Assembly (NCBI GenBank): GCA_963840855.1
Contig: CAWJBB010000027.1
Location: 32,001 to 96,000 of the forward strand
Reading direction: 5' to 3'
Length of the DNA: 64,000 nucleotides
Source of the DNA: an uncultured delta proteobacterium
GTDB taxonomy: Bacteria; Desulfobacterota; Binatia; UBA9968
The position numbers and the translations under genes are program-made. Below, in pieces: positions 20,520-29,513 of the stretch (positions are counted from its first letter, which is position 1; the number at the start of each line of letters is the position of its first letter). The notes beneath the pieces are model-generated. The model was not told the DNA's origin, ran no database searches, and saw nothing but the letters and a program-made list of their open reading frames with translations.

Positions 20520-20675
20520 CGCCCGCTGACGATTTGCTTAGATTGGCCACATCGTGTTGACGCCATATCGCTCTTACGGCCGATTTTTCGAACATCCGCG
20601 CGTCACCCGGCTTCAAGACTTGCGCGAGCTCGTGGGCCATCTCCGCCAACTCAATCCCTGAGACGGAGGGAAAAC

Positions 20676-21425
20676 ATGGGACAGATCGAAAACAAAGTCG
20701 CGATCGTCACCGGCGGAGGAGGCGGCATCGGCGGCGCCATTGTAAGACGCTTCGCGGCTGAAGGCGCCAAGGTCGCCATCGCGGACATCGACGGCGAGGC
20801 GGCGCAAGCGCGCGCGGCGGAAGTGGCGGCGCAGAAGGGCGACGCCATGCCTATCGTCGCCGACGTGACCAACAAAAAATCCGTGGAACAACTGATCCAG
20901 GCGACAAAAGAACGCTGGGACCGGATCGATATCCTCGCCAATGTCGCCGGCGGCGCGCTGATCAAGCCTGTCATTGAGGTCACCGAAGCGGAATGGGATC
21001 ACATTATTGACATGAACTTGAAATCGACTTTTTTGTGCTCTCAGGCGGCGCTGCCGACGATGATCAAGCAGCACTACGGCAAGATCGTGAGCATCTCGTC
21101 CATTTATGGCTTCACCGGCAACGCCACCCGCGCAAGCTATGCCACCGCCAAGGCCGGCGTCGCGGTATTCACCAAGTCTCTGGCGCTGGAAGTCGTCAGC
21201 CACGGCGTCAACGTCAACGCCATAGCGCCGGGCCGCATCTTGACCGACCGCGTGCGCAGCCACTATACCGACGAAGAATGGACCGAGCGCGTCGCGCAGA
21301 TCCCGATGAAGCGCGCCGGCCAACCTGAGGAGATCGCCAGCGCCGCCCTGTTTCTGGTGGCGGACGAGAACAACTACATCACCGGCCAGACGATCCATGT
21401 TAATGGCGCCTGGCTGAACTATTAG
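20676..21425 (+). CDS. SDR family oxidoreductase (FabG-like)
   Basis: TGGGGGIG, NVAG, YATAK, VNAIAPG, ITGQTIHVNG; SD GGAGG. Confidence 0.92.
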   Translation: MGQIENKVAIVTGGGGGIGGAIVRRFAAEGAKVAIADIDGEAAQARAAEVAAQKGDAMPIVADVTNKKSVEQLIQATKERWDRIDILANVAGGALIKPVIEVTEAEWDHIIDMNLKSTFLCSQAALPTMIKQHYGKIVSISSIYGFTGNATRASYATAKAGVAVFTKSLALEVVSHGVNVNAIAPGRILTDRVRSHYTDEEWTERVAQIPMKRAGQPEEIASAALFLVADENNYITGQTIHVNGAWLNY

Positions 21426-21434
21426 CCGAAAGAA

Positions 21435-21498
21435 GTTTCTAGTTTCAGGTTTCTAGTTTGCGATCTAACCAGAAAACCGAAACTAGGAACTAGAAACT
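21435..21498. repeat. Heptamer inverted-repeat hairpin, TTTCTAG / CTAGAAA family
   Basis: gtttcta gtttcag gtttcta gttt ... aaccagaa aaccgaa actagga actagaa act. Confidence 0.85.
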
Positions 21499-21515
21499 AA
21501 CATGGAGGAATTCAG

Positions 21516-22241
21516 ATGTACGGATGGCGCGTAAGAATTGGCCATGTGGCTCCGTCCCGCGGGGACACATTGGTCTATGAATTTTATCAGATGTTGCCCG
21601 CCGGATTCATGATTCTAAACAGCACGGGGACGATCCGGCAATTAGTCGATGCCGACTTAGAACGGCAATTGCAACGCATCGAGGAAGCGGCCGCGGATCT
21701 GGTCGACAACAAATGCGACTCGGTCATCATCGGCGGATCACCCCTGTTTACCAAGCTCGGTTACGGTAGCGATATCGAAATGGGTAAACGCCTAACCGAG
21801 AAATATGGCGTGCCGGTCTCGCCGGGCATCACCGGGGAAATCGAAGCGTTGAAAGCTCTCAATTTGAAAAAACTGGTGGTCGCCACGCCGCACGAAGATA
21901 CGCTCAACGAACGTATGAAAGCTTTTCTCGAAGCATCAGGATTCAAGGTATTGAAAATCCAGGGTTATGGCGTCAGAAAAAACGCCGATATCACCGACAT
22001 GGACGAACATGCCGCGTACAAAATTGCCAAGCGCCTCTATGAGCAGGCGTCCGACGCCGACGGCGTTTTCGTTCCCTGCCCGCGCTGGCCGACGATCACC
22101 GACGTGGATTTGTTGGAACGGGAGATCGGCAAGCCCGTGGTCACGAGCTGCCAGGCCTACATCTGGCACGCACTGAGAATGGCCAAGGTGAAACAGTCCG
22201 TGACTGGTTATGGCACACTGATGGCGTCGCTGGCGAACTAG
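21516..22241 (+). CDS. Maleate isomerase/arylmalonate decarboxylase (Asp/Glu racemase superfamily) protein
   Basis: MYGWRVRIGHVAPS, VATPH, DGVFVPC, IGKPVVTSCQA; SD GGAGG. Confidence 0.8.
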   Translation: MYGWRVRIGHVAPSRGDTLVYEFYQMLPAGFMILNSTGTIRQLVDADLERQLQRIEEAAADLVDNKCDSVIIGGSPLFTKLGYGSDIEMGKRLTEKYGVPVSPGITGEIEALKALNLKKLVVATPHEDTLNERMKAFLEASGFKVLKIQGYGVRKNADITDMDEHAAYKIAKRLYEQASDADGVFVPCPRWPTITDVDLLEREIGKPVVTSCQAYIWHALRMAKVKQSVTGYGTLMASLAN

Positions 22242-22330
22242 GCGTAAGGTTTAAATCAGGCAAGTCGCGAGCATCGGATTCAAAACACCTCTGCTCCCGT
22301 TTCGTTTCGATTCTTTTTACCAAAATATGG

Positions 22331-23049
22331 TTATTTCCTGCTGCCAAACACTTCTTTTAAGAGATCGTTAACCCGCGCGGCCGGGTTGGTGCGAATTTTT
22401 TTTCTTCCTGGGCGACTACGTAAAACAGTCCATCCGTCGCTTTTTCAGTAACATACTGGTTGACATCGAAGGTGATGCTTTGCGCGAACGGCACGCTCTT
22501 ATAGCGCCCGATGAGGTCGTTGTACTGGCGGTTGACGCCAACATCGTTCATGACGTTCTCGACGCTCGGACGAAACGCCGCGTGAAGTTTTTGGGACGTC
22601 TTAGACTTGAAATAATCCGTTGCCGCCGTGTCGCTGCCATTGAGAATTTTTTTCGCGTCATCGAAGTTCATCTGGCCGATGGCGTCCCAGAAAATGTCCT
22701 TGGCAAAGGGCGCCGCCTTTTCCGCCGCCCGGTTCATGCCGACGACGAACTCGTCGATCTTCGGGCCGTAGCCCACCAGGCGAAGCGGCTGTTCGATTCT
22801 TTGCAACGATTTGGGCATCAGTATTTTGATCGCCTTGTTAAGGAGAAACCCATCCAGCGTCCCGGTTTGACCCACCGCGTTTTCCGTGCCGACCTTCAAG
22901 GCCTCCTGCAACCCCGAGCCTATCTTCGCGTCGTTCAAACCGCCGCCGCCCGTGATTCCGCCCAGGCCCTTCAGAACTTTGTCGAATTGCGCCCAGGCTG
23001 GCTGAGCCACCGATAACGCCAACAGCGCCACCGCCAATAACTTAGTCAT
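22331..23049 (-). CDS. DUF4197 family exported protein, frameshifted in an A8 run near the 3' end
   Basis: [23 protein letters not shown]; one extra A at 22396-22403 restores [25 protein letters not shown]. Confidence 0.85.
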
Positions 23050-23108
23050 TCAATCCTTCACTTAATCCCTGCGCGAGATACACGGCTTCGTGAGCGATAA
23101 CCGCACCG

Positions 23109-23513
23109 CTACAATGCCTCTTTAGATTGCTCTGGAAGCCGCTCGGGCAACGGGCCGCGGCGGTCACCCAGATGAAAGTCGTTTAACGCGGCGGCAAACG
23201 TGGCGTCGATCAGAAGATTCATGATTTCCCCTTGAGCGTCTTGCGGCGCGAGCCGAAATGCCGTGCGCAGCGGTTGGATCGCGGAGCGCCAGCGGCTGAG
23301 ACTGACGTAAGAACGGCCCAGGTAGAAATAGGCCTCGGCAAAGTTGGGGTCCTCTCGGGTTGCGCTTTGGAAGTAAGGGATGGCGGCCTCGAAGCTGCCC
23401 TGATTGAATAGGCTGACGCCCTGGTCAAAGCTATTCCCCGCAGCGAACCTCCGAAACGTTGCGCAACTGCTCAAAACAATCACCGCCAGCGTTAGAACTA
23501 ACGCCTTGGTCAT
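23109..23513 (-). CDS. TPR-repeat lipoprotein
   Basis: Lipobox LSSC; TPR pattern AEAYFYLGRSY. Confidence 0.75.
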   Translation of the reverse strand: MTKALVLTLAVIVLSSCATFRRFAAGNSFDQGVSLFNQGSFEAAIPYFQSATREDPNFAEAYFYLGRSYVSLSRWRSAIQPLRTAFRLAPQDAQGEIMNLLIDATFAAALNDFHLGDRRGPLPERLPEQSKEAL

Positions 23514-23581
23514 TATCGTACACTTCCGCGTTGGTTTTTTTGCTTAGACGAACCAGCGGAAGATTTATTTATTGGAATCGG

Positions 23582-23905
23582 CTACTTTTCGAAGGCCGAC
23601 TTGAGCATCGGCTCCAGCTCGCCGCGTTCATGGAGCTCGTGCACGATATCGCAGCCGCCGACAAACTTGCCGTCGATATAGATTTGCGGAATCGTCGGCC
23701 AGTTGGAATAGCGCTTGATTCCCTCGCGCACCTGTGCGTCTGCCAGCACATCCTCGCTCGCGAAAGGGAATCCGTAGGATCTTAAAATCTCCACGGTGTG
23801 CGCCGAAAAACCGCACTGCGGGAAATCCGGCGTGCCCTTCATGTAGACCATCACTTTATTATTTTTTACTTTATCGTCGATCTTGCTCATGACGTCTTCA
23901 GCCAT
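23582..23905 (-). CDS. grxD: Monothiol glutaredoxin Grx4 family
   Basis: MKGTPDFPQCGFS, WPTIPQIYIDGKFVGGCDI. Confidence 0.95.
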   Translation of the reverse strand: MAEDVMSKIDDKVKNNKVMVYMKGTPDFPQCGFSAHTVEILRSYGFPFASEDVLADAQVREGIKRYSNWPTIPQIYIDGKFVGGCDIVHELHERGELEPMLKSAFEK

Positions 23906-23929
23906 AAAATCTCTCCTCTTGGTTAACGG

Positions 23930-24184
23930 TCAAGCACCCAGCTTTTCCCACTGGGCGGGACTGTAAGTTTTCAGCGCCAGCGCGTGAATCCGTTGATCGG
24001 CTAGCGGCTCTTTGAGTGCCTCATTGACTATCCGATGTTGCTCCACCAAACCTTTCCCCTCGAAGGCGGACGATACGATGATCACCTGCCAATGATCACC
24101 ACCCCCGGTGAGGTCCTGGGTCTCCACCAGCGTCACAGGCAGCGCCTTGGAGAGGGTTTGTTTGATTTCTTCGGGTGTTATCAT
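23930..24184 (-). CDS. bolA: BolA/IbaG family protein
   Basis: GGGDHW, AFEGKGLVEQHRIV, IHALALKT; adjacent to grxD. Confidence 0.92.
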   Translation of the reverse strand: MITPEEIKQTLSKALPVTLVETQDLTGGGDHWQVIIVSSAFEGKGLVEQHRIVNEALKEPLADQRIHALALKTYSPAQWEKLGA

Positions 24185-24234
24185 AGCAGAATCTTACCGA
24201 GTCGGGGCGACGCTTGCAACTCATCCGAAGGGCA

Positions 24235-24298
24235 GTTCAAAGTTCCAGGTTCAAGGTTCCCGAGTTAAATCCGAAACCTTGAACATTGAAGTTTGAAC
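24235..24298. repeat. Heptamer inverted-repeat hairpin, GTTCAAG / CTTGAAC family
   Basis: gttcaaa gttccag gttcaag gttcc ... ccttgaac attgaag tttgaac. Confidence 0.88.
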
Positions 24299-24302
24299 TT
24301 AC

Positions 24303-24806
24303 CTACCCGACCGGCCCTGCGAAATCCGGCCGGACTTTTCTCATCATTGCGCGCAGGTCCGCTCTCAACTCGTCCAATGTTGGGCGGCCGACGTACCAGT
24401 AACCGTTATAGAGATTATGAATGGTCAGGTCCGGCAGAAGCGAAAACGTATGGGGCATCGCCGTAACGCCGCGGCTCTTCGAGGTCTCGGTCATATCTAG
24501 GGCCTTGACCGCCTTGCGCTCATGATCGCTCAGAAAAGGGAACTTGGCGCCCAAACCGGTTCTGAAAGCGTCATTGACCTCCGGTGGGTCGACGCAGACG
24601 ACGGCGAGCTTGCAGTAGTTGATCTCCAATTCTTTTTGGAATTCGACGTAGTGGCGCAACTGCACCTGGCATTTCCCTCACCAGTAGCCGCGGTAGAATG
24701 TCAGGATAAACGGAAATTTGCCAACCAGCACCGAGAGCTTGGCCGATTGACCGTCTTGATCCGGCAGCTCGAGATCCGGGAACTTTTGTCCGATGGCCAG
24801 GTTCAT
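24303..24806 (-). CDS. Selenocysteine-containing AhpC/TSA (peroxiredoxin-like) redoxin, 167 aa
   Basis: SD AGGAGGTG, ATG 24806; MNLAIGQKFPDLELPDQDG...FYRGYW-TGA(24680-24678)-GKCQVQL... continues in frame into the 24303..24665 ORF; UxxC replaces CxxC. Confidence 0.85.
24653..24666 (-). promoter_or_regulatory. Candidate bacterial SECIS upper stem-loop
   Basis: GGUGC-AGUU-GCGCC hairpin with loop starting 17 nt after the UGA and a GU in the loop. Confidence 0.5.
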
Positions 24807-25018
24807 AACGCACCTCCTAAATCATATTTTTCCACGCTGCTCCACTGAGATTCGCGTGGGTCCGGCGCCGATTCACACTGTTCGCAGCAGGCAGGCTATT
24901 TTTAACGAATATGCTAACTCCGGTCAATTACCAAGTTTCTGGAGATGCCGCGCATGTTCCAGGACTACGCGGGTTACGCCGCCAAGCACAAACCTCTCAC
25001 TAGTCGAGTAGATCGGTG

Positions 25019-25468
25019 TTACTGATCGGGCAGCTCCGCCGTATTCAACCAGAAGTGAGACCATAACCTCATGGCCTCGATGAGTCCGGTAAAGCTGAGC
25101 GGCTTGCACAGGTAAGAGTTTGCCCCTAAGTCATAGACGTCGCGGATATCTATCTCGGCGTCGGACACCGTCAACACTGTCACAGGAATGTGGCGCAACG
25201 CCGGGTCCTGCTTAATTTCCCGCAGCGCTTCGCGGCCGTCTTTGCGCGGCATATTGAGGTCGAGCAAAATCAATCCCGGCCGCGGCGCGCTGGCCGCATC
25301 GGCATACTTACCGCGGCGGCGCAGGTAGTCGAGCAACTCCTCGCCGTCGCCGACGACACGAATACTTTCTGCCAGATCGGACTCGGCGAGTGCCTCGCTG
25401 GTGAGCCGCTGGTCCTCCGGGTCGTCGTCGGCGATCAAGATCGTAACCGGTTTACGCCGCTTGTCCAT
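25019..25468 (-). CDS. Single-domain response regulator (Rcp1-like)
   Basis: ILIADDD, PGLILLDLNMPRKDGREAL, YDLGANSYLCKP. Confidence 0.9.
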   Translation of the reverse strand: MDKRRKPVTILIADDDPEDQRLTSEALAESDLAESIRVVGDGEELLDYLRRRGKYADAASAPRPGLILLDLNMPRKDGREALREIKQDPALRHIPVTVLTVSDAEIDIRDVYDLGANSYLCKPLSFTGLIEAMRLWSHFWLNTAELPDQ

Positions 25469-27263
25469 ATGGGTTCTTTTCAAGCCTCTGTCTCAGCGGC
25501 AGGCGAACGATAAACACACTGCCTTGGCCTGGTGTGCTCCGCGCCGTGATCGTACCGCCATGACGTTCGACGATCCTCCGGCAGATCGCGAGCCCGATCC
25601 CCGATCCTTCATATTGGCCGCGCCCATGCAAGCGCTGAAACGGGTTGAAGATGCGGTCAAGATACTTTTCGTCGAAGCCGATGCCGTTGTCTTCTACGGT
25701 GATCTGGCATATGCCGCCTGGGGGTGGTTCGGTGGCCGCCGGCTCTCCTGCCGCGCTGTGGTAGCAGCTCGAAAGCTTGACCACCGGCGGCTCATCAGGA
25801 CGGCGATATTTGAGCGCGTTGCCGATGAGATTTTGCAGCAGCTGGCGCATCTGCAGCGCATCCGCCTCGATCGTGGGAAGGTCCCCGATTTCAACGCTTT
25901 CGCCGCTTTGTGTAATCTCGATTTCTAGATCCGTGACCACGTCCTGAGCCACTCGGGCTAGATCAACCGGCGCCAAAGGCGCGGTTTTTGCCGAGACCCG
26001 GGCGAGCGCCAAGAGATCCTGGATCAGCGTCCGCATTCGCCCCGCGGCGTCGATCATCCTTCCAAGGTGATCCCGACCCTGTTCGCCGAGAGTTGCGCCG
26101 CAGCTCACTTGCAACCGCTCGCCAAAGGTTTGAATTTTGCGCAGCGGCTCTTGCAGGTCATGGGAGGCCACCGTGGCGAAATGTTCCAGGTCGCGGTTAC
26201 TGTGCAACAGCTTCGCCGAAGCTTCTCGAAGAGACTCTTCCACGCGCTTGCGTCGGGATATGTCGCGAATGATAGCTGTAAAGTGCCGGCCGCTCGCGAG
26301 CTGAGTTTCACCCACGGAATATTCAAACGGAAAAGTGCTCCTATCCTGCCGCTGTCCGGCGTCTTCCCGGCCGACGGTGATAAGGCCGCGCCCAGTCTCC
26401 AAGTACCTCCCCAATCGATGTTCGCCTCTTTCCCGGCCCGCCTCGGGCATCAAGACAGTGTATATTTTCCCGATCAGTTCGTGAGCGGCGTAACCAAACA
26501 TGCGCTCTGCGGCGGGATTGAACGACTGAAGAATGCCCTTTTCGTCGAACGTGATAACAGCATCCTGAGCGGTATTCACGATCGCCCGGTTGCGCGCTTC
26601 ACTTTCCTCCAGGGCAGCTGCGGAGCGGCGTCGGGCGCTAAAATCACGCCACAAGACCACGCCCACGAGCGCGATCACGAAGACAGCGAAGCCGGCGAAA
26701 GCGACGGTCAGGTCGGCTAGCCTGCGCGCGTGCGACGTAGCCGAAGCAAGATGTTCTTTGAGCTGCCTCTCCTCATCGCGTCTCATTTCCGCCACCGCCG
26801 ATTCCAGCCGCCCCTCGATGAACTGGAGATCACCAGCGGCGGCTTGCTCTGCGGCCGGAGCTATCTTCCCGCGCCTGTACCGCGCTACCAGATTTCCTAC
26901 CTCGCCGAGTTGAGCATCGGCGAATAGCGCCAAGTCGCGCAGACGTTTTTGCTGGCGCGAATTATCGACGGTCAGGGAGCGAAAGGCATCGAGTTTGGAT
27001 GGCAGCTGGAAAAATGCCCAATCATAGAGGTCGACAAATTCTTTGTCACCGCTAAGTAAATAACCCCTCGCTCCCCGTAGAGCGTATTGCAGCAGCGATT
27101 GCAGATATTCTAATTCGTCCAGCACGACCAGGGTTTGCTCGACCCGGTGTTGGTTTACCTTCTGGGCGGCCAAATTCTGGTACGATAACGCACCTAGGAA
27201 CATCAACCCCAGCAGCGCGAGCGCAAACGGCAGAGTTATTTTCAGACCCGTGAACGGTTTCAT
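25452..27263 (-). CDS. Membrane sensor histidine kinase (CHASE3-PAS-HisKA-HATPase)
   Basis: Two TM segments around RGYLLSGD/LTVDNSRQQKRL (CHASE3); PAS FNPAAERMFGY; ASHDLQEPLRKI; NALKY, DNGIG, GSGIGLA. Confidence 0.9.
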   Translation of the reverse strand: MKPFTGLKITLPFALALLGLMFLGALSYQNLAAQKVNQHRVEQTLVVLDELEYLQSLLQYALRGARGYLLSGDKEFVDLYDWAFFQLPSKLDAFRSLTVDNSRQQKRLRDLALFADAQLGEVGNLVARYRRGKIAPAAEQAAAGDLQFIEGRLESAVAEMRRDEERQLKEHLASATSHARRLADLTVAFAGFAVFVIALVGVVLWRDFSARRRSAAALEESEARNRAIVNTAQDAVITFDEKGILQSFNPAAERMFGYAAHELIGKIYTVLMPEAGRERGEHRLGRYLETGRGLITVGREDAGQRQDRSTFPFEYSVGETQLASGRHFTAIIRDISRRKRVEESLREASAKLLHSNRDLEHFATVASHDLQEPLRKIQTFGERLQVSCGATLGEQGRDHLGRMIDAAGRMRTLIQDLLALARVSAKTAPLAPVDLARVAQDVVTDLEIEITQSGESVEIGDLPTIEADALQMRQLLQNLIGNALKYRRPDEPPVVKLSSCYHSAAGEPAATEPPPGGICQITVEDNGIGFDEKYLDRIFNPFQRLHGRGQYEGSGIGLAICRRIVERHGGTITARSTPGQGSVFIVRLPLRQRLEKNPYGQAA

Positions 27264-28363
27264 ACAAATCTGCAGGCGCCATCATTGGCCGGCAGAAAGA
27301 CCTCGAAGCGCGTCTCCCGTCCGGGATCGCTATGCACTTCGATTCTTCCGCCATGCGCTTCCACCAATGACTTGGCGATAAAAAGCCCCAAACCCGCGCC
27401 GTCCTGCCTTGCTGTGCTTCGGGCACGCTGGTATTTCGCGAAGATCAATGGAATCTCATCAGCCAAAATGCCTGGACCTGTGTCGGCTACGGTTACGACC
27501 AACCCCTGATCGCCCGCATGCGCGCTTACGGTGACCCTCCCGCCCCTGGGCGTAAACTTAAGGGCATTGGACACGAGATTGGCAAAGACCCGTTCCAGCG
27601 CCACTGGGTCGCCGTTGACCGAGGGTAGCGCGTCGGCCAAACGCAGTTCGAAAGTCAGGCCGCGCCGTTGGGCACTGATTTCATAGCGACGGTGTAGCCT
27701 TGTAATGATGTCACCCACCAGCACCGATTCCTTGCTAAGGTTCACGCCTAGCGCCTCTATCTTAGCGAAATCAAGATAATTGACCACCAGCGAATTGATC
27801 GTCAGCGCGCTATCGATGAGGTTCCGAATCAGCGCCGGCTCATGGCGGTTAGCGCCTTTCTTCGTTTCCTCGAGCAGCATGTCGGCCGAGCCAATGACAA
27901 CGTGCAACGGGCTCTTGATGTCGTGGGTCAACATCGCCACAAATTCCTCGCGCTGGCGCGCCAGTTGTTTCTCGACGCGTTTTCGCTCCACAGCGTGGCG
28001 CAGCGCGCGTTCGAGAAGCTCTCCGCTGATGCGGCCTTTCACCAGATAATCCGCGGCTCCCGCGCGCATGGCGGCAAGGTCCACTTCGCCATCGCCTTGA
28101 CCGGTCAACATCACCACCGGCGCGAAGCAACCCCTCGCCAGCGCTTCGCGCAACAACTCCAGGCCGTCGTGGGCACCCATGCGGTAATCTAAAAGATAGA
28201 CGTCATGCCGGTGGCTTGCCATGTCGTCCAGCGCGGCGTCGTAATCGGGCGTCCAATCGAGTGAGACGCGGCTCATGCCGCTTTCCGCCAGCAGATGGCG
28301 GGCGAGGACAACCTCGTCTTCGTCATCGTCGATGAGCAAGACTCTTATCGGATCGGTCAGCAA
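27260..28363 (-). CDS. Hybrid receiver-histidine kinase
   Basis: VLLIDDDED, LLDYRMG, ADYLVKG; THDIKSPL, NALKFTP, DTGPGI, GLGLFIAK. Confidence 0.9.
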   Translation of the reverse strand: MLTDPIRVLLIDDDEDEVVLARHLLAESGMSRVSLDWTPDYDAALDDMASHRHDVYLLDYRMGAHDGLELLREALARGCFAPVVMLTGQGDGEVDLAAMRAGAADYLVKGRISGELLERALRHAVERKRVEKQLARQREEFVAMLTHDIKSPLHVVIGSADMLLEETKKGANRHEPALIRNLIDSALTINSLVVNYLDFAKIEALGVNLSKESVLVGDIITRLHRRYEISAQRRGLTFELRLADALPSVNGDPVALERVFANLVSNALKFTPRGGRVTVSAHAGDQGLVVTVADTGPGILADEIPLIFAKYQRARSTARQDGAGLGLFIAKSLVEAHGGRIEVHSDPGRETRFEVFLPANDGACRFV

Positions 28364-28594
28364 TATGCGTCCTTCTGGCCCTACGCGAAGATTTAACAGC
28401 TGGGTGCGCGGACTGGTGTTGGCCAGGCCGACGTGGAGCTCGAATCGCCAGGGTCGGCGCGTCGCCTTAACGACGGGGCGAGCTAGATCAAGAAGTAGGC
28501 AAAAGACGCGACAAGTAAAACTTTAACATGCGTTCTCGGATCTGCCAAGCGCAAACAACGACCTGCCTTGCCTGCATTTGCACTTGGCTGCCTG

Positions 28595-29326
28595 CTAGCG
28601 CCAATCTTGCGCGTTAAATGACTTGCCCGTCACTCCGATGGATTCATCCGAGGCTAGGTACAGAAAGGCTCGCATGATTTCTTCAGGTCGCGGCCGCGTG
28701 AGCGGGTCTTCCGCGGGATAGGCCGCGGCGCGCAGCGAAGTTCGCGTCGCGCCGGGATTGAGTGAATTCACCCTTATCCCGGAGTCCTGAACTTCCTCCG
28801 CGAGCATTTGCGTGAATCCTTCCAGGGCGAACTTCGACGGAGAGTAGGCGCCCCAGCGCGCTTTCCCCACCCGGCCAACTCCGGAGGTGACGTTGATGAT
28901 CGAGCCTCGGCGCCGGGGGATCATTGCCTTTAAAACTTCCCGGGTCATGAGAAAAAGCCCGTCAAGATTGACGCGCATGACTTCTTGCCAAGACGCAAAC
29001 GGATAATCTGCTAACGGCACCCGCGGCCCAAGCAGGCTCGCGTTGTTGACCAAAACCTCAATCGAACCGAAGCGCTCCAACGCCGCGCCGACGATGCGCC
29101 GGGCGTGATTGAGTTCACCGATATCCCCCGCCCGGCCGTAGATCTCGCCGTTCTGCTCGCGGATTTCCTCCACAGCGCGCTCGATATCGGTCTCGTTGCG
29201 CGCGCAAATAAAGACGCGGGCGCCTTCGCTCGCGTAGGCGGCAGCGATAGCCTTGCCGATGCCGCGGCTGCCGCCGGTGATCAGGGCGACTTTGCCGGAT
29301 AACTTTCCCATAACTTCGCTTGCCAT
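28595..29326 (-). CDS. SDR family oxidoreductase (YciK-like)
   Basis: TGGSRGIG, NNAS, WGAYSPSK, NPGATRTSLRAAAYPAED. Confidence 0.88.
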   Translation of the reverse strand: MASEVMGKLSGKVALITGGSRGIGKAIAAAYASEGARVFICARNETDIERAVEEIREQNGEIYGRAGDIGELNHARRIVGAALERFGSIEVLVNNASLLGPRVPLADYPFASWQEVMRVNLDGLFLMTREVLKAMIPRRRGSIINVTSGVGRVGKARWGAYSPSKFALEGFTQMLAEEVQDSGIRVNSLNPGATRTSLRAAAYPAEDPLTRPRPEEIMRAFLYLASDESIGVTGKSFNAQDWR

Positions 29327-29364
29327 CCGTCAGCCTGTGTCCGTTGCGCGCTTATACTTTGCAC

Positions 29365-29455
29365 GTTCAAGGTTCAAGGTTCAAAGTTCAAGGTCATCGG
29401 ATCGGACGCGAAACGTTGAGTTAAGACTTTAAACGTTGAACATTGAACTTTGAAC
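29365..29455. repeat. Heptamer inverted-repeat hairpin, GTTCAAG / TTGAAC family
   Basis: gttcaag gttcaag gttcaaa gttcaag ... tttaaac gttgaac attgaac tttgaac. Confidence 0.9.
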
Positions 29456-29513
29456 CTCACGTTGACGGGTGAGAATCATCAAACTAGATGTTATACGATA
29501 ATAGCCAACACAG

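Noticed and set aside
22396-22403. Phase-variable homopolymer in the DUF4197 gene
   Set aside because: A short A8 run near the 3' end, in a contig with several other indels; sequencing error is more parsimonious.
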